NCBI GenBank assembly: GCA_029564465.1
Contig: JAKQPY010000075.1
Location: 5,814 to 69,813, forward strand
Source: Bacteroidota bacterium
Lineage (GTDB): Bacteria > Bacteroidota > Bacteroidia > Bacteroidales > ML635J-15
Direction: 5' to 3'
Length of the DNA stretch: 64,000 nucleotides
In this document: positions 29,561 to 38,445 of the stretch, in pieces
Numbering within the stretch: the first letter of the stretch is position 1
How the letters are laid out: the number at the start of each line of letters is the position of its first letter
The notes under the pieces: generated by a model
Database searches by the model: none
Seen by the model: only the letters and a program-made list of their open reading frames with translations
What the model was told of the DNA's origin: nothing
Program-made: the position numbers and the translations under genes

Positions 29561-31364
29561 ACCTGTTGGCGAAGTATTCGGTTAATATTTTTGCCTTCGG
29601 TTTGCCAATTGCTTTTTCCAATTCAAGTATGTCGAGTTTTTGAATTTTATCAACAGAACTGAATTTTTTCAGAAGTATAGCAATTGTTTTTTCTCCGATA
29701 CCCGGTATTTGCTCCAGTTCGCTTCTGAGAAAGTCCGAAGAGCGCTTGTCTCTGTGAAACCCGATGGCAAACCGGTGGGCTTCATCGCGCAGGTGACGGA
29801 TTATTTTGAGTGATTCTGAGTTTTTATCGAGATACAGTGGAATTGAGTCACCGGGGAAATATATTTCTTCGAGACGTTTGGCTATACCCATAATGGCGAT
29901 TTTATCCTCGAGCCCTAGCTTTGTAAGGCTGGCAACAGCAGCATTTAACTGACCCTTACCACCGTCGATTACAATCAGCTTGGGAAGTTCTGCTTTTTCT
30001 GCCAGGAGCCGGCTGTAGCGCCGGTTTATCAATTCTTCCATAGAGGCAAAATCATCGGCTCCAACCACAGTTTTTATATTGAAATGCCGGTAATCTTTTT
30101 TCGAAGGTCTGGCATTTTTAAAAACCACACACGACGCTACCGGGTGTGTACCCTGCAAGTTCGAATTATCGAAACATTCAATAACATCGGGCAGTACACT
30201 GAGGCGTAAATCTTTCTTCAATGTATTCAGTTTCCGGTCTATGGCTTTATCCGGGTCTTTCTTTTCGATTATCTTTTGTTTTTCGAGCATAAAAAACCGC
30301 GCATTTCGTTGCGCCAGATTCAGAAGCTCAAGTTTGTCGCCTTTTTGCGGAACCGTCCATTTAAGTCCTTCAATGATAAATTCCGGATAAAAGGGTACAA
30401 TGGCTTCGGGAGCATCTCTTCCAGTGCTTGTCCACATTTCGTAAGCCACCTGAAGCAACAGGTCTTCACACGATTCGTTGAGTAATCGTTTTAATTCGGT
30501 GTTAAAGGAATGAATAATGGCTCCGTCGAGTACTTTCAGATAGGATATATACACGGTCGATATATCATCAACAAGGCCGTAAACATCCACATTTTTAATG
30601 GTATTGCTTACTACGGTTGACTTAGCCCTATAATTTTCGACTATGGCGATTTTCTCCTTTACCTGTTGTGCCTTTTCGAATTGCAGCTGATTGGCATAAT
30701 GCTGCATTTCGTTATGCAGATAGGCAATGGCTTCGGTTAGTTTTCCGCGGATAATTACCCGGGCAGCTTCGATGGCAGTGGCATACTCACTGCGACTTTG
30801 TAGTCCGACACAGGGAGCCTTGCAATTGCCAATGTGATATTCGAGACAGACGTCAAATTTACCGGCTGCAATCTTGCTTTCGCTTAAAGCCAGCCGGCAT
30901 GTACGGGGCCGGTAGAGTACCCTGAGCAGCGAAATCAGGGTTTTAATAGTATATAACGAAGTATATGGACCGTAAAAATCGCCTTCGAAGTCGCTTTTGT
31001 TGCGTGTGTATAAAATTCTGGGGAATTCCTCGCGCGTAACACAAATCCAGGGGTAGGTCTTGTCGTCTTTCAGCAGTACATTGTAACGGGGCTGCCATTG
31101 CTTTATCAGGTTATTCTCGAGCAATAAAGCATCGCTTTCTGATGCGACCACCATGTGTTCGATTCGGAATATTTTTTTTACCAGAACACGGGTTTTGTTG
31201 TTTTCGTGGTTTTTTGTGAAATATGAACTGACGCGTTTTTTTAAGTTTTTTGCTTTCCCAATGTAAATAATAACACCTTCTGAATTAAAAAATTTATAAA
31301 TACCCGGATTTGAAGGCAGGGCTTCAACCTGAGATTTTATGTCGTTGCTGAATGCTGCCTGCAT
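29559..31364 (-). CDS. uvrC: Excinuclease ABC subunit C
   Basis: GIY-YIG 'GIYKFFNSEGVIIYIGKAKNLKKRV', the UVR domain, the endonuclease V-like domain, and a C-terminal (HhH)2 'IPGIGEKT'. Confidence 0.95.
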   Translation of the reverse strand: MQAAFSNDIKSQVEALPSNPGIYKFFNSEGVIIYIGKAKNLKKRVSSYFTKNHENNKTRVLVKKIFRIEHMVVASESDALLLENNLIKQWQPRYNVLLKDDKTYPWICVTREEFPRILYTRNKSDFEGDFYGPYTSLYTIKTLISLLRVLYRPRTCRLALSESKIAAGKFDVCLEYHIGNCKAPCVGLQSRSEYATAIEAARVIIRGKLTEAIAYLHNEMQHYANQLQFEKAQQVKEKIAIVENYRAKSTVVSNTIKNVDVYGLVDDISTVYISYLKVLDGAIIHSFNTELKRLLNESCEDLLLQVAYEMWTSTGRDAPEAIVPFYPEFIIEGLKWTVPQKGDKLELLNLAQRNARFFMLEKQKIIEKKDPDKAIDRKLNTLKKDLRLSVLPDVIECFDNSNLQGTHPVASCVVFKNARPSKKDYRHFNIKTVVGADDFASMEELINRRYSRLLAEKAELPKLIVIDGGKGQLNAAVASLTKLGLEDKIAIMGIAKRLEEIYFPGDSIPLYLDKNSESLKIIRHLRDEAHRFAIGFHRDKRSSDFLRSELEQIPGIGEKTIAILLKKFSSVDKIQKLDILELEKAIGKPKAKILTEYFANR

Positions 31365-31369
31365 GATAT

Positions 31370-31894
31370 TTATCCCTGAATGATTGCTTCAATTCTGCAT
31401 AACGCCAGCGAACCGGAATATCCGTAAACGGTACAAGCCAATAAAACGGATTTTCGGGCGATGCCCAGCAAACCCAGTCCAGCATTTTTACTGGTTTCAA
31501 CCGATACCTGCAAAACCCCATGATATGCTGAAGTCACCTCATTATTATTCATTAATGCAATTTTTTGTATCCTTTCCGAAAGTGCAAAAGCATCATCGGT
31601 TGGCAGTAAATTCTCGGTAATCAACCGAAAGGTTTTATGGGTCAGCGAAAACCGGATTTCCAACAGGTTCTTGTCGCTATGTTCCGCGATTCCATGTTGC
31701 AGCATATTACTGATTAACTCGTTCGAAACCCATACTATTTTCCGCAACAGCAACTTACTGCATCTGCTGAGTTCCTTCGAACCGGAGAGCTGCGCCAGCA
31801 AGGTGGAATGATTTACTTCAACCGAATCTCCGGAGTAATGTATCAGCACCACTTCGTCTGCCGGAGTCTGGATGGGTTTCTTTAGGTTCATCAA
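31370..31894 (-). CDS. Small HATPase-like protein (SiaB-family kinase / DUF6272-like), tentative
   Basis: 174 aa. 'NELISNMLQHG' is N-box-like and 'NAGLGLLGIARKS' is G-box-like. The stop is 5 nt before the uvrC start. Confidence 0.4.
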   Translation of the reverse strand: MMNLKKPIQTPADEVVLIHYSGDSVEVNHSTLLAQLSGSKELSRCSKLLLRKIVWVSNELISNMLQHGIAEHSDKNLLEIRFSLTHKTFRLITENLLPTDDAFALSERIQKIALMNNNEVTSAYHGVLQVSVETSKNAGLGLLGIARKSVLLACTVYGYSGSLALCRIEAIIQG

Positions 31895-31950
31895 TTACTC
31901 GATTCTCCGGTAAAAGTATGAATTTTTTGGGGAAATCAGAATACAGGAGT

Positions 31951-32081
31951 CAGAATATAGAATTCAGAAGGGGCGACTGGCAATGTTATAGCATTCTTAT
32001 CTGACTGGAATTTTCCAAATCTCTAGAAACAACAGGATAATATCGTCCAACAAAATGTCCCCTTCTGTATTCTGAATTCTG
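31951..32081. repeat. Imperfect 23-nt inverted repeat (20/23) separated by 85 nt, built from CAGAATA-like heptamers
   Basis: The left arm cagaatatagaattcagaagggg (31951-73) matches the reverse complement of ccccttctgtattctgaattctg (32059-81). Confidence 0.6.
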
Positions 32082-32148
32082 TATTCCAGAATCTTCATAA
32101 TCAAATATTGCTTTTATGGCCACAAATATTTACCATCAGACCAATGCT

Positions 32149-32835
32149 CTACCATTCTTTTTGCACCCGCACCCTCTGCACCCTGGCTTTTTCTTTCTGC
32201 AGCTTTTCCTGAAGGTCTTTTTCGTCCTGTTCCATGGCATTCAGGATACGTTCGGCATCTTCTTTCGAAACCTGATCCTGCTGTTGTTGCTGCTGCTGAT
32301 TTTGTTTGTCCTGATTTTTATCGTTTTGCTGCTGCTGTTGTTGTTGCTGCTGGTTGTTGTTCTGACCCTGACCACCGCTGCCACCGCCCGATTGCTGCTT
32401 TGCCTGCATGTATTGGGCTACGCTCAGATTATAACGTGCATCGTTATTATCGGGGTTCAGGATTATGGCTTTCTGCAATGCATCGATGCTTCTGGCATAA
32501 TCGCCGGCCTGCAGCAGCGAGGTACCCAGATTATACCATGCGGTCGATTGTTCCTTGCCCGAGCGGGCTGCCAGCATATATCCCGAGTATGAATTCGATG
32601 CATCTTCATATTTCTGCTGGCGGAACGAAGCAGCACCCATGTTATTTCGCACCTGATACTGATCGGGTTGCATTTCGGAGGCTTTTTTAAAGGCAATTTC
32701 GGCATCAGCAAATTCCTTTTTTTCGTAGTGACGATTCCCTTCCCGGATATACCTGCGTTCGGCCTGTGCCGATACATTCAGTTGCAACAGACTGAAGCAT
32801 GTAACAATCGCAATGGTTTGAAAAGACTTAAGCAT
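32149..32835 (-). CDS. batC: BatC-like TPR protein with a C-terminal poly-Gln/charged tail
   Basis: Signal peptide 'MLKSFQTIAIVTCFSLLQLNVSAQ', TPR repeats ('AEIAFKKASE', 'AWYNLGTSLLQAGDYARSIDALQKAI'), and its position after BatB. Confidence 0.7.
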   Translation of the reverse strand: MLKSFQTIAIVTCFSLLQLNVSAQAERRYIREGNRHYEKKEFADAEIAFKKASEMQPDQYQVRNNMGAASFRQQKYEDASNSYSGYMLAARSGKEQSTAWYNLGTSLLQAGDYARSIDALQKAIILNPDNNDARYNLSVAQYMQAKQQSGGGSGGQGQNNNQQQQQQQQQNDKNQDKQNQQQQQQQDQVSKEDAERILNAMEQDEKDLQEKLQKEKARVQRVRVQKEW

Positions 32836-32836
32836 A

Positions 32837-33865
32837 TCAGTTTCCAACTTTAAAAATATCAATTCTCGATTTTTTTCGTGTTATGCGATCCGAAATAAAC
32901 AGTTCTGCCAACAACAACAGCAGCGCCAATGCAGCCGGGTAGGCAAATTTTTCGTCGTAATCGGAATATTGCTGCGATGTAGTTGTGGTTTGCTGCATTT
33001 TGCCAATTTCTTCGCTGATTAATTCAATCCCTGAATTACTGCTTCCTGTGCGAACATAAATGCCATTTCCTGCAAGGGCAATGTTTTTAAGTCCCGCTTC
33101 GTCGAGTTTCGACATAACGACATTGCCGCTGTTATCTTTCAGAAATCCGTTCCCATCCGGTGCAGGGACAGGTTGACCGTTTGGAAGCCCCATTCCAACG
33201 GTGTGTATCACAATTCCTTTTTCGGCTGCGGTTTTTGCCGACGACACAGGGTCATCTTCATGATTTTCGCCATCAGTAAAGATTACAAGTACTTTACTGG
33301 TTTGATTTTCGGAAGTGAACGAGCGGACAGCCATGTCGATAGCCGAACCTATGGCTGTACCCTGTTTGGGAACCATCGCCGGGTTTATCGTACTTAAAAA
33401 CATCTTGGCGGATGCGTAATCGTTGGTTACCGGTAACTGCACATAAGCATCTCCGGCAAAAACAATCAAGCCAATTTTATCGTTCTGAAGTTCAGAAATC
33501 AATTTTTCCACCGATTTTTTAGCCCTTTCAAGACGATTGGGTTTCACATCGCGGGTGAGCATACTATTAGACACATCAATAGCAACAATCATCTCAATGC
33601 CGTTTCGCTTAACTTCCATCAGGCTGCTCCCGAAGCGTGGCCTTGCAATGGCAATTACGATGAGACCAAAAGCCGACAGCAATAGAATAACTTTCAACCG
33701 CCTCAGGCTTTTCGAGACTTCCGGCATCAAACCGGCCACAACCTGCGGGTCGCCAAACTGTCGGATTTTTTTCTTCCTGTTACGCCTCGATACCCACCAC
33801 AACAGAACAAAGCCCGGTATCAGCAACAGCAACCACAAAAATTCTTCGTTATGAAACTGGAACAT
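32837..33865 (-). CDS. batB: VWA-domain aerotolerance protein BatB
   Basis: N-terminal TM helices, then the VWA MIDAS motif 'IVAIDVSNSM' and 'VLVIFTDGENHED'. Confidence 0.85.
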   Translation of the reverse strand: MFQFHNEEFLWLLLLIPGFVLLWWVSRRNRKKKIRQFGDPQVVAGLMPEVSKSLRRLKVILLLSAFGLIVIAIARPRFGSSLMEVKRNGIEMIVAIDVSNSMLTRDVKPNRLERAKKSVEKLISELQNDKIGLIVFAGDAYVQLPVTNDYASAKMFLSTINPAMVPKQGTAIGSAIDMAVRSFTSENQTSKVLVIFTDGENHEDDPVSSAKTAAEKGIVIHTVGMGLPNGQPVPAPDGNGFLKDNSGNVVMSKLDEAGLKNIALAGNGIYVRTGSSNSGIELISEEIGKMQQTTTTSQQYSDYDEKFAYPAALALLLLLAELFISDRITRKKSRIDIFKVGN

Positions 33866-33877
33866 ATCTTGTACCTC

Positions 33878-34873
33878 CTATGGCATGGGTTTGTAAATGG
33901 TCAATCGCAACAATAACTCGAGCAGTAAGGCTAACAAGGCAATTAACGCAAACCAGAAAAACCGCTCTTCGGGCTTGCTGTAGTCGGTAACCTGCAGTTT
34001 TATCTTCTCGAGCTGATCTATTTCGCTATACACAGCCTTCAGTGCTTCCTTATCTTCGGCGCGGTAGTATTTCCCACCGGTGATGTCAGCAATCTGTTTG
34101 AGCACTTCTTCGTCGATTTTCACTTCCATATCGCGGTATTGGGTACCGAATGCTGTTTGCACCGGATAGGGTGCCATTCCCTGTCGGCCAACGCCTATGG
34201 TGTAAACCCTGATTCCAAAAGTGCGCGAAATTTCGGCGGCAGTCAGCGGTGCTACCGACCCACGGTTATTTACACCATCGGTGAGGAGTATAATCACCTT
34301 ACTCACCGCATTGCTTTCTTTCAGCCGGTTTACCGAAGTGGCCAGTCCGGAGCCAATGGCGGTGCCATCCGAAAGCAGATCGCTTCTGATATCTTTAAAC
34401 AGGTTTATCAATACCGCATGATCGGTGGTCAGCGGACACTGCGTAAAGCTTTCACCGGCAAATATCACCAGTCCGATACGGTCGCTGCGTCGGTTCGAAA
34501 TAAACTCAATCGCCACATCTTTGGCAGCCTCCAGCCGGTTGGGTTTAAAATCTTCTGCCAGCATACTGCCACTGATATCCATAGCCAGCATTATGTCGAT
34601 TCCTTCGGTGGAGCTGGTCTGCCAGGTGTTTTTACTCTGAGGACGGGCAATGATTACCACAATACATGCCACTACAATCATGCGCAGCACAAAAACGGAA
34701 TGCCGCAACTTTACGCGCAGATCACTGCCAATTGCCCGAAAAGCCTGCGATGACGAAAAATGCAGTGCGGGGTGCATTTTCTTCAGACGATAAATATACC
34801 AAACCGTCAGTGGTACAATAATTAGCAGAAACCAGAGGTATTCCTTATGTGAGAATGTAATATCGCTAAACAT
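33878..34873 (-). CDS. batA: VWA-domain aerotolerance protein BatA
   Basis: 'IMLAMDISGSM' MIDAS motif, 'IILLTDGVNN', and a C-terminal TM helix. The ATG at 34873 overlaps the upstream gene's stop by 8 nt. Confidence 0.85.
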   Translation of the reverse strand: MFSDITFSHKEYLWFLLIIVPLTVWYIYRLKKMHPALHFSSSQAFRAIGSDLRVKLRHSVFVLRMIVVACIVVIIARPQSKNTWQTSSTEGIDIMLAMDISGSMLAEDFKPNRLEAAKDVAIEFISNRRSDRIGLVIFAGESFTQCPLTTDHAVLINLFKDIRSDLLSDGTAIGSGLATSVNRLKESNAVSKVIILLTDGVNNRGSVAPLTAAEISRTFGIRVYTIGVGRQGMAPYPVQTAFGTQYRDMEVKIDEEVLKQIADITGGKYYRAEDKEALKAVYSEIDQLEKIKLQVTDYSKPEERFFWFALIALLALLLELLLRLTIYKPMP

Positions 34874-36266
34874 GGCTCTTGTCCTCCTCAGTGTTTTCCG
34901 GTTCAACTTCAATAAGCGCTTCTACCTGCTTTCCGGCTTCCGGGTCGGGTAACTCGATGGTTTCTTCAACTATTGTAAATGCATTTTTCAAACAACTGTC
35001 GTTCTCGTGGAACATCGGCTCTGCCTTCGCAAATTTTACTGCATCGGCAATATTAAGTATTTGCCTGAGTAAGTCGAGGTGCCGTTGCGAAAAGCTGCTG
35101 TTGCCGGCCATGTGTTGCATTATTTCATCGGTTGTCATTTCCATGGCACTTACCCCAAACCGGCCTTCGAAATATTTACGAAGGGTTTCGGTGAGTTCAC
35201 TATAGAAATCAAGCAGCTTGCCAGATTGCCATTTCTTCTCGTCGCGGATTCTCGAAAGCTCGCGCAGTGCAACAATATGCGGTGGTTCGGGCGGTGGAAC
35301 CTTACGGAATAACTGACGGATATTTTTCTTACGGAAGAACAGATAATACAGCACACCAACCACTGCAGCCAGAATCAAAAGTAGCCACCACCAATTGTCT
35401 TTAATAAACTTCCAGAACCGCCACCAGAATTCGGCCCAGGTAAGCGGTGTATTGAACAATTCGTCGTCGATGTCTTTTATCTGAATGGTAACAAACAGGT
35501 TCTGACCTTTCGCAACCGTGTCGTATTCCTGAACAAAAACCGTATCATTGGCTCCGGGTATCCGGTAGGTCTCCATAATCTCGTTGTTGGCAAGAATAAA
35601 CAGTGATTGTTTTGCTCCGGCAGCTATCAGACTCAGGGCATCGTCGTTCCGGAAACCTATGCTACGGTATAATTCTGAGGCAAATTGCTGAATCATAAGA
35701 TTTCTCACCGAGTCCTGCATCTTTTTCAGATTTTCGGGACTCATACCCTGAGTTACAGAATCGGGAATTGCCTGTGCTACTTCTTCCTGAAAGTTGTTCC
35801 TGCCGAAAACCACAATTCCGGCATTCTGTGCTTTCACCGTATCGCGGGGAACTGTATCCATATCGAGATATGGCAATACATTCAGACTTACGCTGTCGGT
35901 GTAATAAAAAAGGGTGTCCTTCCCGAAAATTACTTTTATTTGCTGACCGGGAATTACTACCTGACCCGTGTCGAACGATGTCAGCCTCAGGTTTCGCACA
36001 TACAGGGGCTCGCCTGCTTTTTTACTTTTCACCGGATCTTCCGCCTTTATAATGTACACGTTGCGTGCAATAGTATCGGTATATTCCGGAAAGATTATTT
36101 CGTTGGGTTCGCTGCCATCATACTGCAGTGCGTAATGCAGGGGCTGCCCCATGATAATGCTGTCGTTTTCGACAACAACCCGTACGCTGTTTTGCTGGGC
36201 AAACAAACCGCCGGTTGCGGCAAGGCAGCAAACCAACCAAAGGGGTATTTTCATCCATTGCTGCAT
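34866..36266 (-). CDS. Membrane protein at the DUF4381 position of the Bat operon, with a long BatD-like periplasmic N-terminal extension (tentative)
   Basis: Signal peptide, 'VRVVVENDSIIMGQPLHYALQY', the single TM helix 'WWWLLLILAAVVGVLYYLFF', then 'PPPEPPHIVALRELSRI', which is typical of DUF4381. Confidence 0.55.
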   Translation of the reverse strand: MQQWMKIPLWLVCCLAATGGLFAQQNSVRVVVENDSIIMGQPLHYALQYDGSEPNEIIFPEYTDTIARNVYIIKAEDPVKSKKAGEPLYVRNLRLTSFDTGQVVIPGQQIKVIFGKDTLFYYTDSVSLNVLPYLDMDTVPRDTVKAQNAGIVVFGRNNFQEEVAQAIPDSVTQGMSPENLKKMQDSVRNLMIQQFASELYRSIGFRNDDALSLIAAGAKQSLFILANNEIMETYRIPGANDTVFVQEYDTVAKGQNLFVTIQIKDIDDELFNTPLTWAEFWWRFWKFIKDNWWWLLLILAAVVGVLYYLFFRKKNIRQLFRKVPPPEPPHIVALRELSRIRDEKKWQSGKLLDFYSELTETLRKYFEGRFGVSAMEMTTDEIMQHMAGNSSFSQRHLDLLRQILNIADAVKFAKAEPMFHENDSCLKNAFTIVEETIELPDPEAGKQVEALIEVEPENTEEDKSHV

Positions 36267-36268
36267 AA

Positions 36269-37132
36269 CTATCTTTTTTTAAACAAACCGATTAAAGGTT
36301 TTATATAATCTTCGCCGGTGGCAATGTTTACATAATCGACTCCGCATTTGGCAAATGTTTCGCGGCATGCCTTGTCGTGTTGCAGCCACCACTTATTGTA
36401 CTGCTCCCGTGCTTTTCGCGATGAGGTGTTTACCCAGTGAATTGCCCCGGTTTCGTTGTCAACCACCTGCACCAGTCCCATGTCGCTGAGCTCAGCCTCC
36501 CTTTTGTCGTAGAGCCTGAGAGCCACCACATCGTGTTTGCGGGCAGCTATTTTAAGGGCATCCGAATAGTCGGGCGACATAAAATCGGACATCACAAAAA
36601 CGGTGGAACGCTTTTTAATGGCATTGGTTAAAAACCGCAGCGATTCGGCGATGTCGGTTTTTTTGCTTTGTGGTTCAAAATTGAGGAGTTCCCTGATGAT
36701 ATGCAAAATGTGTTTGCGGCCTTTTTTTGGTGGAATGAACTTCTCGATTTTGTCGCTGAAAAGCACCACCCCGATTTTATCGTTGTTTTGAATGGCTGAG
36801 AACGACAAAACGGCAGCAATTTCGGCAGCGAGAAACTGCTTCATCTGGGATTGGGTTCCAAACTGCCCCGACCCGCTCACATCAATCAGTAAGACCACCG
36901 TGAGTTCGCGTTCTTCTTCGAACACTTTCACAAATGGGTGGTTAAAGCGGGCCGTTACATGCCAGTCGATATGTTTTATCGGGTCACCGTAAAAGTATTC
37001 GCGCACTTCGCTGAAAGCCATACCCTTCCCTTTGAAGGCGCTGTGGTATTCGCCGGCAAATATCTGATTCGACAAGCCCTTGGTCTTGATCTCGATTCTT
37101 CGTACCTTTTTTAGCAGTTCAGCAGTTTCCAT
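36269..37132 (-). CDS. DUF58 domain protein (MoxR-associated VWA-like)
   Basis: 'GEYHSAFKGKGMAFSEVREYFYGDPIKHIDW' and 'LLIDVSGS', located directly downstream of MoxR. Confidence 0.85.
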   Translation of the reverse strand: METAELLKKVRRIEIKTKGLSNQIFAGEYHSAFKGKGMAFSEVREYFYGDPIKHIDWHVTARFNHPFVKVFEEERELTVVLLIDVSGSGQFGTQSQMKQFLAAEIAAVLSFSAIQNNDKIGVVLFSDKIEKFIPPKKGRKHILHIIRELLNFEPQSKKTDIAESLRFLTNAIKKRSTVFVMSDFMSPDYSDALKIAARKHDVVALRLYDKREAELSDMGLVQVVDNETGAIHWVNTSSRKAREQYNKWWLQHDKACRETFAKCGVDYVNIATGEDYIKPLIGLFKKR

Positions 37133-37192
37133 CGTTTTCTACTTAGTTTACTACACAATCAAACCTGTTACCATAATGCGGTAAGATTCCTG

Positions 37193-38188
37193 TTAGGGAA
37201 CTTCAACCGTATTCAGTATTTCGCTGATGATTTCTTCGGTGGTGATATTTTCGGCTTCAGCTTCGTAGGTAAGGCCAATGCGGTGACGCAGTACATCGTG
37301 GCAAACTGCCCTGACGTCTTCGGGAATAACAAATCCGCGTCGTTTTATAAAGGCATAGGCCTTCGAAGCCATGGCCAGGTTGATGCTGGCACGCGGTGAC
37401 CCACCGTACTCAATCAGTGGTTTGAATTTTTCGAGTTTATACTGATCGGGATAACGCGATGCAAATACAATGTCGAGGATATAGTTTTCGATTTTTTCGC
37501 TGAGATAAACTTCTCTAACAATCTTGCGTGCTTTCACAATATCCGCGGGTTTTACCACGGCTGCAGCTTTCGGGAAATCGTGGGCCAGATTTTCGCGCAT
37601 AATCAGTCTTTCGTCCTCGAAACGCGGATAGTCAATTACCACTTTGAGCATAAACCGGTCGAGTTGCGCTTCGGGCAGAGGATAGGTTCCCTCTTGCTCA
37701 ATGGGGTTCATGGTAGCCATTACCAAAAACGGGTCGGCCAACGGATAGGTTTTGTCACCCAGGGTAACCTGACGCTCCTGCATGGCTTCGAGCAAAGCCG
37801 ACTGAACTTTTGCAGGGGCACGGTTTACTTCGTCGGCCAGAATAAAGTTGCTGAAAATAGGTCCCTTTTTCACAATAAACTCTTCCTGCTTCTGACTGTA
37901 GATCATAGTCCCCAGCAAGTCGGCCGGCAAAAGGTCGGGTGTGAACTGAATCCTCTTGAATTGAGCATCAATGCTGGTAGCCAGTGTGTTGATAGCCAGG
38001 GTTTTTGCCAGACCGGGAACACCTTCGAGCAAAATATGGCCATCGCTCAATAAGCCAATCATCAGGCCTTCGAGAAGGTGCTTCTGACCAACAATCACTT
38101 TCTGCAATTCGAAGTTGATGATGTCAACAAATGAACTCTCCTGACGGATTCGTTCGTTCAACTCGGTTACATTCAATGTCTGTGTCAT
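37193..38188 (-). CDS. MoxR-family AAA+ ATPase
   Basis: Walker A 'LLEGVPGLAKT', Walker B 'ILADEVNRAPAKVQSALLEAMQE', and 'ATMNPIEQEGTYPLPEAQLDRF'. Confidence 0.93.
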   Translation of the reverse strand: MTQTLNVTELNERIRQESSFVDIINFELQKVIVGQKHLLEGLMIGLLSDGHILLEGVPGLAKTLAINTLATSIDAQFKRIQFTPDLLPADLLGTMIYSQKQEEFIVKKGPIFSNFILADEVNRAPAKVQSALLEAMQERQVTLGDKTYPLADPFLVMATMNPIEQEGTYPLPEAQLDRFMLKVVIDYPRFEDERLIMRENLAHDFPKAAAVVKPADIVKARKIVREVYLSEKIENYILDIVFASRYPDQYKLEKFKPLIEYGGSPRASINLAMASKAYAFIKRRGFVIPEDVRAVCHDVLRHRIGLTYEAEAENITTEEIISEILNTVEVP

Positions 38189-38445
38189 AATATCAAACTT
38201 GTTTGTTTTTGTTTTTACAATGCGACAACGAAAATAGAAACATAATGTTTTGTTTGCAAGTGTTCAACGCAAGCTTATGCTTAGATATTTGTTAAAGCCC
38301 GTTAAAGTTGTGTTAAAAAGCGCTTGTTGGTGAAAATTATCCAGTAAAATGCGATTTGAGGTGATGGTAATGATGGGTTTCGAAGCGTGGCAATCTCATC
38401 TGGCATTAGGTATTGAGTTGCATACCCGTTAAATAAATATTCAAA

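Noticed and set aside
32116-32592. A 158-aa plus-strand ORF with poly-Leu runs.
   Set aside because: It is the reverse-strand image of the BatC poly-Gln CAG/CAA tract.
35685-36308. A 207-aa plus-strand ORF.
   Set aside because: It is antisense to the Bat-operon membrane protein and has no recognisable features.
38189-38445. A 257-nt intergenic region after moxR, screened for an ncRNA or small gene.
   Set aside because: It holds only a 27-codon ORF (MRFEVMVMMGFEAW...) with no motif and no convincing stem-loops. I could support nothing there.
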